Source: a virus (taxonomy: Duplodnaviria > Caudoviricetes). From it: DNA of 61,290 nt. Position 1 is the stretch's first letter, and every line of letters begins with the position of its first letter. The notes beneath the pieces are model-generated. The model was not told where the DNA came from. It worked only from the letters and a program-made list of their open reading frames with translations, and did no database searches. Shown piece after piece: positions 40,798 to 50,263 of this stretch. Made by a program: the position numbers and the translations under genes. The stretch is taken from IMG/VR virus record IMGVR_UViG_3300036668_000250, positions 1 through 61,290 of that record. The stretch is one strand, 5' to 3'.

Positions 40798-41287
40798 TAC
40801 AAAGGCCAAGAAGAAGAACTTGGTTTTTGGATGGAGATATAGTAAGAATGGTTCATGTCAGCCGCGCTCAAGGCATAGTGACTTTATGGAACTGTACCAA
40901 GGAGTTAAAGTTTTCTATGACTATGGCCGAATTTAAAAAAAAAGAAAAAGGGCCTACACCGTTGCAGAGACAGCAAAACTCCTCAACTATCATCGAAAGA
41001 GTGTCCCAAGATTAGTAAAATCTGGTCTGCTCCCTCCACCCGTAGGAGAACTCCCTGGAGGAGAAAGGGCTTTTCATTACCTCAGTTACTACAGCGAAGA
41101 CCATATTTGGGAGGCAAGGGAGTTAATGTCTCAGACCCATATTGGATGCCCGCGAGCAGATGGATTAATAACAAATAATAAGATTCCAACAGAACAAGAA
41201 CTCCGCCATGCAATGGGTGACGGGCTTATTTATTATGTACAGAACGAAGAGGGAAAGTTTATTCCCGTCTTTACCGAAACAGTATAG
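40752..41287 (+). CDS. MerR/excisionase-like HTH protein interrupted by a -1 frameshift at an A9 run (40935-40943)
   Basis: -1 frame from 40943 reads RKRAYTVAETAKLLNYHRKSVPRLVKSGLLPPP..YYSEDHI..FIPVFTETV* (TAG 41285-41287) with no start codon before the HTH. Confidence 0.7.
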
Positions 41288-41292
41288 AGTTC

Positions 41293-41321
41293 TGGACATT
41301 GCTTTACTTTAATGGTATTGT
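41293..41321 (+). promoter_or_regulatory. Sigma70-like promoter for the replication module
   Basis: TGGACA-N17-TATTGT with TGG before the -10, then RBS AAGGAGG before ATG 41348. Confidence 0.55.
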
Positions 41322-41347
41322 TTTTTCATGGACAAGGAGGCGTTTAA

Positions 41348-41545
41348 ATGGAACCAACAAAAATTCAATGGTCAATAGGTTACACAAAAAACTTAGGCAA
41401 CTTTGAGTCTCTAAGGCTTGATTGTCAGGTATCCGATTTTGTTAGAGAAGAGGAGTCAGCACAGGAGGCTTCTTCTAGAGTTTATCAATTTGTAGAGCAA
41501 GAACTCGTTGAAAAATTAAAAGAAATTCAAGAGGAAGTTTCTTAA
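41348..41545 (+). CDS. Hypothetical protein
   Basis: 65 aa, strong RBS, GYTKNLGNFESLRLD motif. Confidence 0.7.
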   Translation: MEPTKIQWSIGYTKNLGNFESLRLDCQVSDFVREEESAQEASSRVYQFVEQELVEKLKEIQEEVS

Positions 41546-41862
41546 TGGCCGACAGGAAAAATAGGTTTGCCCTGATAAGTGGTTTCGAAAAACACTACAG
41601 GGTTAATGGAATGACTAAGCCAGAGATCAACAAGTATGGAGAGCAGTGGGCCGCAGATGCTCTCCTAGAGTCGTTTGAAGTTGATGATTTAAAGGATGCC
41701 ATAGAGTACTATTTTTACATATCCCATAGGCCAACCTGGAAGGGGTTCGCTAACAACGCGGATAAGTTGATAAATGCTGTGCGAATTAAAAAAGAAGACG
41801 ATGCGCTGCGGGCACAGATGAGAATTAAGGCAAAGGAGTGGATGAATGAATCTAGAGGCTAA
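41545..41862 (+). CDS. Hypothetical protein upstream of helicase
   Basis: 105 aa, coupled to both neighbours. Confidence 0.65.
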   Translation: MADRKNRFALISGFEKHYRVNGMTKPEINKYGEQWAADALLESFEVDDLKDAIEYYFYISHRPTWKGFANNADKLINAVRIKKEDDALRAQMRIKAKEWMNESRG

Positions 41863-43066
41863 GACAATTTCTGCTGTATTAAATGACAAGCAGATTCATG
41901 TTCTTTTACAGGCGAACATTGATAGATTATTGCGTACCCATAACGATGTCTGGGACTTTATTCATAACTACTATGAGCAAAATCAATCAAGCCCATCTCC
42001 TAAACTTGTTAAGGAAAAGTTTGCTGACTTTGAGTATTCTGAAGATACAGGTGCTACCAAGCATCACCTAGAAGAATTGCGCTCTGAGTATCTTAACGAC
42101 AACGTAAAGATTATGTTGCGCGAAGCAGCATCTGATGTCAGCGAGGGGCAGTCTCTGGCCGCTCTGGACAACATTCTTAAAGAAACGGCACGGCTAAAAA
42201 ATATTACATCACCTGCAAGAGACCTGGACGTATCTAATGTTGATGACGCTATCTCATATTATGAGAACGTAAAGCGCCAACAGGAGTCTGGCACTTATGG
42301 CATATACACAGGAATCAAGGGGTTCGATAACTTTATGCCGTCTGGAATTATGCCTGGAAACTTTGGCATTCTTCTTGCCTACCCTGCAATCGGAAAGTCG
42401 TGGATGGCTCTTTATTTTGCCGTCGCCGCATGGAAAAAGGGAAAGTCTCCTCTCATCGTTTCTCTTGAAATGACTGAAACAGAGGTAAGAAATCGTATCT
42501 TTACTATTCTAGGAGAGGGTCTTTGGTCTCATAGGCAGTTGAGTATGGGTAATGTAGAAATAGATACAATGAAAAAGTGGATGAATAGAACCTTTGAGGG
42601 TATGCCCCCATTGCACATCATATCTAATGACGGTATCGGTGAAATTAGTCCTAGCGTTCTTAGAGGCAAGATAAATCAATACAACCCATCTATAGTTTTT
42701 CTTGACTACCTTAATCTAATGACTAGCAATCACAGAACAGATAGCGAAGTTGTTAAAATGAAAAACCTTTCTAGAGAACTTAAACTTCTTGCAATTAGTG
42801 AAGAGATTCCAATTATCGCCATCTCTTCTGCAACACCAGACGATGCTACAGACATGAATAGCGTGCCAACCCTAGGTCAGACCTCCTGGTCTCGCCAGAT
42901 TGCCTATGATGCAGACTTTTTGCTAGCACTAGGGCGATCACCAAATAGTGATGTGGTAGAGTGTGTCTTTAGAAAGTCCAGAAACGGTCCATTGGGAGAT
43001 TTTTTGGTTCAGGTAGATTTTGACAGGGGCATTTTTAGAGACAGAGAGTTTGACGATAATATGTAA
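41846..43066 (+). CDS. dnaB: Replicative DNA helicase, DnaB-like
   Basis: Walker A AYPAIGKS, SLEM, FLDYLNLM, LSRELKLLA, IAYDAD, KSRNG. Confidence 0.9.
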   Translation: MNLEAKTISAVLNDKQIHVLLQANIDRLLRTHNDVWDFIHNYYEQNQSSPSPKLVKEKFADFEYSEDTGATKHHLEELRSEYLNDNVKIMLREAASDVSEGQSLAALDNILKETARLKNITSPARDLDVSNVDDAISYYENVKRQQESGTYGIYTGIKGFDNFMPSGIMPGNFGILLAYPAIGKSWMALYFAVAAWKKGKSPLIVSLEMTETEVRNRIFTILGEGLWSHRQLSMGNVEIDTMKKWMNRTFEGMPPLHIISNDGIGEISPSVLRGKINQYNPSIVFLDYLNLMTSNHRTDSEVVKMKNLSRELKLLAISEEIPIIAISSATPDDATDMNSVPTLGQTSWSRQIAYDADFLLALGRSPNSDVVECVFRKSRNGPLGDFLVQVDFDRGIFRDREFDDNM

Positions 43067-43102
43067 AACCTTAAACATAATTAATAATGTATAATTTAAT
43101 CT

Positions 43103-43426
43103 ATGAGTTTCCTTCATAAAAGAATAAAAATGTTTAGTCTAGATGGTAAGATATTAGACGATTCATGCATTGCCAGAATGAGGGAGCAGTACATCCTACT
43201 ACTTTCCGACTCCATGAGGAGTCAGGGGTACGTTATGAGAATAGATATAGATCCAGACTGGTCAATATCATATACAGGCTCAGACTATGACTTTATGCTA
43301 AGCGTTTATGGCGCATTTTTAGGAAAGAAGAATTCACTATGTATCGAAGCACTAGACAAAAACAGGCCAATATATATACCGAAGAGCAAATTAGATCGGT
43401 TATCTCAAAATCAGGAATCGAAATAG
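43103..43426 (+). CDS. Hypothetical protein
   Basis: 107 aa; leaderless start 7 nt after TATAAT 43090-43095. Confidence 0.65.
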   Translation: MSFLHKRIKMFSLDGKILDDSCIARMREQYILLLSDSMRSQGYVMRIDIDPDWSISYTGSDYDFMLSVYGAFLGKKNSLCIEALDKNRPIYIPKSKLDRLSQNQESK

Positions 43427-44283
43427 CATCTGAGGTAGAATCAGATTTCTTAATTTTTTGCCCATTTCATAATAATCACAGAACCCCAGCGGGAGAAGTG
43501 TCTAAAACTTCAGGAACATTTTTTTGTTTTTCTTGTCATGAATCAAGATCTTTTATAGAACTTCTAATGTTCTACACAAAGAAAAGTTTTTTTGAGGTTA
43601 CTCGTCTAATTAATAGTTATGAAAAAAATATTGACATAGTGGATGACGTTTCTTCTTTTTTAGAAGAAAAGCAAGAGTTCCATCCGTTTGATAGGCTTCT
43701 TATAAAAAAACTAAACAATCAAGCACTAGACTCCCCTAGGGCGATAAGATACTTTGAGGGAAGGCGCATCAGTAAGGAGTCTGTTTCATCGTTAAGTCTG
43801 GGGTACAGTGAAAAGCAAGACATGGTAACCGTCCCCATCTCAACTCCAGACGGAAGTGATTTTGTTGGTTTTGTTGGAAGGTCAATTGAGGGAAAGAGTT
43901 TTAGGAATACGCCAGGGCTACCAAAATCAAAAGTGCTCTTTAATTTACATCGGAACAAATATAAGGATCATGTTTATGTTGTTGAGTCGTCCTTTGATGC
44001 GATAAGATTACATCAATGCGGAGTTTCTGCTGTTTCCACTTTGGGTTCAAGTGTATCAAAAAAACAAATAGATTTATTGAAAAAATACTTTAACTATGTC
44101 ATTCTTATTCCAGACAACGATGATGCTGGAAGAGATATGTCAAAAAAAATTACAGAAGTTTTAGGCAAACAGTCCATTTCTATTGGATTGCCTAATAGGT
44201 TCAAGGATATTGGAGACCTTGCTGACTCAGATATTCTTGAACTAACCAAGAGGGTCGATGACCCATTACTAGCGATATACTAA
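43339..44283 (+). CDS. dnaG: DNA primase (CHC2 zinc finger + TOPRIM)
   Basis: CPFH..CFSC; VVESSFDA; PDNDDAG; KDIGD. Confidence 0.88.
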   Translation: MYRSTRQKQANIYTEEQIRSVISKSGIEIASEVESDFLIFCPFHNNHRTPAGEVSKTSGTFFCFSCHESRSFIELLMFYTKKSFFEVTRLINSYEKNIDIVDDVSSFLEEKQEFHPFDRLLIKKLNNQALDSPRAIRYFEGRRISKESVSSLSLGYSEKQDMVTVPISTPDGSDFVGFVGRSIEGKSFRNTPGLPKSKVLFNLHRNKYKDHVYVVESSFDAIRLHQCGVSAVSTLGSSVSKKQIDLLKKYFNYVILIPDNDDAGRDMSKKITEVLGKQSISIGLPNRFKDIGDLADSDILELTKRVDDPLLAIY

Positions 44284-44294
44284 AGGAGATATAA

Positions 44295-44954
44295 GTGTCT
44301 ATTTTAAAAGGATTAAAGGAAATGGAAAAGGCTTTGGTTCGACCCGCTGCTTCGTCTGAGGGTGGGCTTAAGGTTAGATGGCTAAAGTTGGATGATCAGC
44401 AAAGTGCAAAGATTCGCTTTATTAACGAACTTGACGAAGATTCTCCACACTATGACCCAGAAAGAGATCTGGCCATTGTTGTTTCTGAGCACTCAAACCC
44501 CAAGGATTACAAGAGAAAGGCTGTCTGTACCGTAGATAGCGAAGGACGTTGCTTTGGGTGTGAGATGGCGAGAAAGGAGCCTAAGAGCGGGTGGAGAGCA
44601 CGATTCCGGTTTTACATCAACCTTCTGGTAGATGACGGCCTTGAAGATCCATACGTTGCTGTTTGGTCTCAGGGTGTTGGGAAGCAGTCCGCGTTCAACA
44701 CTTTGCGGGAGTATGCCGTAGATACTGGCTCTATTGGAAATAGAACTTGGAGAATGAAGCGTCAGGGCACAGCCACAGACACCACCTACATCCTTCTCCC
44801 AGGTGACCCCGATACAGAGAAGTACGATTGGTCTGGCGTAGAGCCTTTTAATCTCGAAAAGGTTGTTCGAGAAGTTCCATACGCTGAGCAAGAGGCATTT
44901 TATCTAGGGTTTGATGCCCCAGCACAAAGCAATAATACAAACATTGACTGGTAG
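44295..44954 (+). CDS. Single-stranded DNA-binding protein (gp32-like)
   Basis: WLKL..KIRF, H..C..CFGC zinc-like motif, C-terminal IDW; between primase and polymerase. Confidence 0.65.
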   Translation: MSILKGLKEMEKALVRPAASSEGGLKVRWLKLDDQQSAKIRFINELDEDSPHYDPERDLAIVVSEHSNPKDYKRKAVCTVDSEGRCFGCEMARKEPKSGWRARFRFYINLLVDDGLEDPYVAVWSQGVGKQSAFNTLREYAVDTGSIGNRTWRMKRQGTATDTTYILLPGDPDTEKYDWSGVEPFNLEKVVREVPYAEQEAFYLGFDAPAQSNNTNIDW

Positions 44955-44986
44955 AGGTGTGGCCCCAGGAAACTGGGGCACATCTA
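44952..44986 (+). promoter_or_regulatory. GNRA hairpin between ssb and dnaE
   Basis: GCCCCAG-GAAA-CTGGGGC core with bulged extension; no T tract. Confidence 0.5.
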
Positions 44987-45002
44987 AAGGGATTGGACTA
45001 TA

Positions 45003-46289
45003 GTGGAAAATCACAATTATCAAGCGTTGCACCTGCATACTGACATGGGGTCACTTATGGATGGGGTAGCCACGCCAGAAGAGTACGCCGACCGCGCATC
45101 AGAAATTAAGATGTCTGCTATAGCATGTACTGATCATGGAAGCCTTTCTGCTCACAGAAGGTTTTATCGAGCAGCAAACAGCAGGGGAATAAAGCCTATT
45201 CTAGGGGTAGAAGCATACATTACTGGAGATAGGTTTGATAAAAGAGATAAGTCTGAAAGAACAACTCCCCTAGACCTTGTTTACAACCACATAGTTATAT
45301 TGGCAAAAAATGATCAAGGGCTTGAGAACCTTAATCGTCTCAATGAAATAGCCTGGAATGAAGGTTTTTATAGAAAGCCAAGAATTGATTTTGAAGTCTT
45401 AGAGAAGTACCGTGAGGGTCTTATCGTTTCCTCTGCCTGCATGTCTGGGCTGCTTAATAAGGCGATTGAGGTTGATGACTACGCCGCAGCAAAGGCACAC
45501 CTTAATTGGTTTGGAGAAAGGTTTGGGGATGACTTTTATGTAGAGATAATGCCACACAATGTTAAGGGCATGAACAAGTCATTGATAGAGTTGGCAGATG
45601 CCAACGGTCACAAGATCATTGTCACTCCAGATTGTCACCATGCGACGGTAGATCAAAAAGTTATCCAAGAGATCATGTTAATCAACAACACTCATGCAAA
45701 GGTTCAGAAGGATACCTCTTACGAAAAGTCTAGGAAAATTGAAGACCCCATGAAAAGACTTGACTATCTTTATGGGGAAGGGCGAATGATGTCATTTAAT
45801 AAGTTTGACATTCACCTCCTTTCAGGTCAGGAAATGCACAAGGCAATGGGAGAAGACTCTCGAACAGATATGTTTGAAAACACTAATGAGATTGCCAATA
45901 AGGTAGAAGAGTATACGATGCATCGCAACCTTAACCTGTTGCCTGTGGAGCATAAGAATCCAGATGATCAGATCAGAAAGAACTGCTTTTCTTGGCTGAA
46001 GGACAAGGGGCTTGAGGAAAATGAAGAGTATGTAGGCAGACTTGAAGAAGAACTTGACGCTATTAAACAGAAAAGGTTTGCGTCATACTTTATTGTTGTT
46101 CAGAACATGATTAACTGGGCAAAGAAAAATGACATCATGGTTGGCCCAGGGAGAGGTAGTTCTGCTGGATCTTTGGTTTGCTATGCTTTAGGCATCACCG
46201 ACATTGACCCCATTAAGCATGGTTTGCTATTTTTTAGATTTATTGATGGTGGTTCTGCTCAATACGATCCAAAGTTTAATGTGATATAA
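45003..46289 (+). CDS. dnaE: DNA polymerase III alpha, N-terminal part (PHP domain to GRGS motif)
   Basis: [65 protein letters not shown], then stop. Confidence 0.92.
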   Translation: MENHNYQALHLHTDMGSLMDGVATPEEYADRASEIKMSAIACTDHGSLSAHRRFYRAANSRGIKPILGVEAYITGDRFDKRDKSERTTPLDLVYNHIVILAKNDQGLENLNRLNEIAWNEGFYRKPRIDFEVLEKYREGLIVSSACMSGLLNKAIEVDDYAAAKAHLNWFGERFGDDFYVEIMPHNVKGMNKSLIELADANGHKIIVTPDCHHATVDQKVIQEIMLINNTHAKVQKDTSYEKSRKIEDPMKRLDYLYGEGRMMSFNKFDIHLLSGQEMHKAMGEDSRTDMFENTNEIANKVEEYTMHRNLNLLPVEHKNPDDQIRKNCFSWLKDKGLEENEEYVGRLEEELDAIKQKRFASYFIVVQNMINWAKKNDIMVGPGRGSSAGSLVCYALGITDIDPIKHGLLFFRFIDGGSAQYDPKFNVI

Positions 46290-46296
46290 TTTAAAC

Positions 46297-47085
46297 ATGG
46301 GTATAGATACTGATGTTCAAAAACAAATAAAAAGTTTGTACTTAAGTGGAAACTCAGGACATAAAATTTCTCAAATAACTGGTATCTCTAGTGGAACGGT
46401 GTACAATTATCTAAAACTATTAGGCATAACTAGGTCCAATAAAATAAACTCCAGAAAATATTCTTTAAATCATGAGTATTTTTCAGAAATAGATTTAGAG
46501 CATAAAGCCTACTGGCTAGGATTTATTCAAGCCGACGGATATCTTCTGACTGGCACTCCCGGAATTGGAATTGCACTAGCAGAGGTGGACAGGGGGCATC
46601 TAGAGAAATTTAAAAACAGTATTGAGGCCGATTATCCAATAAAAACATATAGGGGGAATGGGTATTCTCAAAACGATTATGTCAGGATAATAGTTAAAAG
46701 TGAAAAAATGTGGAACGATTTAAACAATCTGGGAGTTACTCCCCAAAAAACAAAAACAACGCTTCCCATAAAAGTAGATAAAGGACTTGAGCGGCATTAT
46801 ATTCGTGGTTTAATGGATGGGGACGGCTCAATAAAAATAAGTAAAAGTTCAAAGGCTGGGTATCGTGGAGACTTTGTTTCTGCCACTCCAGAAATGGCTA
46901 CATATATTGCAGACGCCCTTGGAAAGGGTGCAGTAAGATTTGATAAAAACAAAAATGTTTGGTACAGTGAATTTACTCTAACAATAAAGAATTTGGACTA
47001 TTTATATGACGAAGCAACTGTCTATCTTTCAAGGAAACATGCAAGAGCGGTTCTCGGAAGATCTAGAATTTCAAAAGTTAGTTAA
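46297..47085 (+). mobile_element. Free-standing LAGLIDADG homing endonuclease with N-terminal HTH, inserted in dnaE
   Basis: AYWLGFIQADG and YIRGLMDGDG motifs; own -10 TGATATAAT 46282-46290. Confidence 0.88.
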
Positions 47086-49321
47086 GTTAGTAGAAGAGTC
47101 AAAAAAAGATTTTGATATATCTTGGGCAAGTGACGAACTTTACGCTATCGGCAGACTAGGTATGTCTAATTATTTTTTGGAACTTCTTGGGAAAAGAGTA
47201 GACAATCCAAATCATTCGACGGTAGCCTATGCAATTGGAGTTACTGGTGACCGACCTACATCCTATCCCGTAGGTCTTGTTGTAGACCGTGGAAGAGACG
47301 ACGCTGCCGATATTGACTCAGACATAATGGATAGCCGACGCGAGGAGGTAAAGGGCTACCTGGAGTCTCAATATAAGCACGTTGCATCCATTGCCACTTT
47401 CCTTCAATTTAAGGATAAGGGTGTTGTTCGAGATGTGGCAAGATGCTTTAACATTCCTCTAGCAGATGTTAATCGTGTGCTAAAAACGGTTGATACATGG
47501 GAAGAGTTTACTACTTCTAAAAATACATTTTGGTTTAGAGAAAAGTATCCAGAGGTGGAAGTTTATGGAGATCAGTTAAGGGGTAGAGTAAGAGCAACAG
47601 GTGTCCACGCAGCAGGTGTTGTCACCTCAAAAATTCCCATTAGCAAGGTTGCCCCCATGGAAACTAGAAGTGTGACTGGTAGCACCAGCAGACTTCCTGT
47701 GGTTGCAATAGACATGGACGAAGCAGCAGACATTGGCCTAATTAAGATTGATGCTCTGGGACTAAAGACTCTCACTGTGATTAGCGATACTCTCAAGGTT
47801 GTTAAAGATAGACACGGGAAGAAGATAGACCTGCATTCGATAAACATGGAAGATCCAAACGTGTACTCCATGCTTTCCGATGGCCATACAAAGGGTGTGT
47901 TTCAGTGTTCTGCTGCCCCATACACAAGCCTATTGATAAAAATGGGGGTACGCAAGTTTGATGAACTTGTAGCGTCCAACGCTCTTGTTCGTCCAGGTGC
48001 TATGAACACCATTGGAAAAGAATACATATCCAGAAAGTATGGTAAAAGTAATGTGGTGTATTCAACCCCGATTATGAAAAACTTTACAGAAGAAACCTAC
48101 GGAACAATTTTGTATCAAGAGCAGGTTATGCTTGCCTGCATAAATGTTGGTGGCATGACTATGGGCGAAGCAAATAAGGTTAGAAAGATTATTGGCAAAA
48201 AGAAAGACGCCCAAGAGTTCGATCAATTTAAAGAGTTGTTTATTCGTAATGCTACTGCAAAAATAGGCAAGAAAGATGCTGAAAAAATGTGGCATGATTT
48301 TGAGGCACACGCGGGGTACTCTTTCAACAAGAGCCACGCTGTAGCATACTCAACCCTGTCTTACTGGACTGCATGGCTTAAGTATTACTACCCTATTGAA
48401 TTTGTCTTTTCTCTACTTAAAAATGAAAAGGACAAAGACATGCGTACAGAATATCTTATTGAGGCAAAAAGAATGGGCATACCAATTAAATTGCCACATA
48501 TTAATGATTCAGGCGCAGACTTTAAGATTGAAGGAAAGGGTATCCGATTTGGGCTTTCTTCAATTAAATTTATATCCGATACCATTGCTAAAAGATACAT
48601 TGAAAGCAGACCATTTAAGAGTCTAGAAGAGGTCAAGGGGTTCTCGTTTACCAAGGGTAGCGGAGTAAACAGTAGAGCGCTCAATGCCATGAACCTAATT
48701 GGCGCTCTAACCTTTCCAGACAATCCCATAGATGAAAAACAAGTTAAAGAAAACATGTACGAGTACCTAAATTTGCCAGAGTTTGTAACTCAGATTCCCC
48801 AGCACTACCATGCCCACATATCAACCGTTGAAGACTTTGACGAAAAGTCTGCTTTAATTTTGATGGGCATCGCTAGGGGGATAAAAAGAGGCAAGGGCTG
48901 GAGCAGAGTTGACATACTAGACTCTACTGGTGCTGTAGGAGTTTTTGATGATGAAGACACCTCCTTGGAACCAGGAAGGACGTACATCTTCTTAATTGGG
49001 TCTAATAGAATCCTAGAAGCAGTTCCTGTAGAAGATGTGGGTAAAAGTGATTCAGCGCTGGTACGGGCACTAAATTATAAGCAAGTACCATTCGGTGAAA
49101 AAGAGTATTTGGTTGTCAAAATCGCTCCACGCATAACTAAATCTGGGTCAAGAATGGCTACGCTGATATTAATGACTCACGAGCGAGAATTTATTTCATG
49201 CATTGTGTTTCCTAGCAAATTCTCACAAATGTATGTTGGGTTACAGGAAGGATCGGCATATAAGATTGACTATAGCATTAATAAGGACGATGACCTTATT
49301 TTCCAAGATATTGTGCAATGA
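47006..49321 (+). CDS. dnaE: DNA polymerase III alpha, C-terminal part (catalytic Asp, fingers, HhH, OB)
   Basis: DIDSD, GVHAAGVV, KIDALGL, GVFQ, RPG, YQEQVM, YSFNKSHA, IRFGLSSIK; start 47006 or 47039 (AAGGA before 47039). Confidence 0.92.
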   Translation: MTKQLSIFQGNMQERFSEDLEFQKLVKLVEESKKDFDISWASDELYAIGRLGMSNYFLELLGKRVDNPNHSTVAYAIGVTGDRPTSYPVGLVVDRGRDDAADIDSDIMDSRREEVKGYLESQYKHVASIATFLQFKDKGVVRDVARCFNIPLADVNRVLKTVDTWEEFTTSKNTFWFREKYPEVEVYGDQLRGRVRATGVHAAGVVTSKIPISKVAPMETRSVTGSTSRLPVVAIDMDEAADIGLIKIDALGLKTLTVISDTLKVVKDRHGKKIDLHSINMEDPNVYSMLSDGHTKGVFQCSAAPYTSLLIKMGVRKFDELVASNALVRPGAMNTIGKEYISRKYGKSNVVYSTPIMKNFTEETYGTILYQEQVMLACINVGGMTMGEANKVRKIIGKKKDAQEFDQFKELFIRNATAKIGKKDAEKMWHDFEAHAGYSFNKSHAVAYSTLSYWTAWLKYYYPIEFVFSLLKNEKDKDMRTEYLIEAKRMGIPIKLPHINDSGADFKIEGKGIRFGLSSIKFISDTIAKRYIESRPFKSLEEVKGFSFTKGSGVNSRALNAMNLIGALTFPDNPIDEKQVKENMYEYLNLPEFVTQIPQHYHAHISTVEDFDEKSALILMGIARGIKRGKGWSRVDILDSTGAVGVFDDEDTSLEPGRTYIFLIGSNRILEAVPVEDVGKSDSALVRALNYKQVPFGEKEYLVVKIAPRITKSGSRMATLILMTHEREFISCIVFPSKFSQMYVGLQEGSAYKIDYSINKDDDLIFQDIVQ

Positions 49322-49365
49322 CAAACGCTAAAATAATAAAAAACGTTTGTGATATAATTAAAGAC

Positions 49366-49926
49366 ATGAGAACTGCAAAAGATATAGTGGTTGGAGATAT
49401 TGTTGGTACAATATTAATAACTAAAAAACAAATTGAGCCATATTATTCTAAGACTAGCATGATGTTCTATGGCATATGTGAAACATGCAATATTGAAAGA
49501 AAGTTATCTTCATCACATGTTGGAGTAATTTTAAGGGGACGAGGTGGTGGCTGCCATTGTAGTAGAAGGAGATCGGGAACAGATACAGAGTATAAGTGGA
49601 GATATCAAAGTTATGCTCAGGCCGCAAAAAAAAGAAATCTTGAGTGGGAACTAAGTTACGAGCAGTTTCTTGACGTAACTCAGCAAAATTGTTATTATTG
49701 TGGCATACAACCAGAAATGCGTCCATCTCACCACAAGAGATGGGGCTTTAAGTTCCCCATGTCCGGAATAGATAGAGTTGACTCAGCAAAGGGATATGTG
49801 GAAGAAAATATAGTGCCATGCTGCTCTCACTGCAATCAAGCAAAATGGGACCACAGCACCGAAGAATTTTTAGACTGGGTAAAAAGAATTTATACTAATC
49901 AATTTCAGGAGGTTGTTAATGCTTAA
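49366..49926 (+). mobile_element. Free-standing HNH homing endonuclease
   Basis: CYYCG..GIDRVDSAKGY..NIVPCCSHCNQAK; ATG 49366 is 7 nt after TGATATAAT (alternative start 49318). Confidence 0.8.
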
Positions 49927-50263
49927 TGATTTAGACGATGTTGGTTTTACTATACACAGCAATGCAGTAGCAAAGGGTTTTTATGAATCGCTAGAAAGAA
50001 TGGAGGAGCAAGACTTTATCCTGTTCAAGTTGAAGCAACTAGCGATGATTCACTCAGAGGTTACAGAAGTTCTAGAAGCACTAAGAAAAAATAAAGGAGC
50101 CGATGTAGTTGCTGATGAGATGGCGGATATTTTTATTCGTCTCATGGACCTTTATAGTTTTATGAGATTAAATAATGATGTTGATAAATCAATGGCGCAA
50201 GCGGTCAGGGAAAAGATGAACCTTAATTCTGATCGACCAAAGATGCATGGCGTTCTGGCATGA
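49919..50263 (+). CDS. MazG-like nucleotide pyrophosphohydrolase
   Basis: LAMIHSEVTEVLEALRK..DEMADIFIR..KM..N..RP. Confidence 0.8.
   Translation: MLNDLDDVGFTIHSNAVAKGFYESLERMEEQDFILFKLKQLAMIHSEVTEVLEALRKNKGADVVADEMADIFIRLMDLYSFMRLNNDVDKSMAQAVREKMNLNSDRPKMHGVLA

Noticed and set aside
46240-47300. Translational bypass (T4 gene 60 type) across the insertion
   Set aside because: The gap is about 1 kb and contains a complete gene with its own promoter; no take-off hairpin or stop right after a matched codon was seen
46240-47310. Group I intron or split intein rejoining dnaE
   Set aside because: Almost no non-coding space, no recognisable P7-type intron sequence, no Cys/Ser-starting intein N-part, and no His-Asn followed by Cys/Ser/Thr (the sequence reads NHS). 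The usual split-intein site (Y/xFNKSH) is uninterrupted. Not formally excluded without a covariance-model search.
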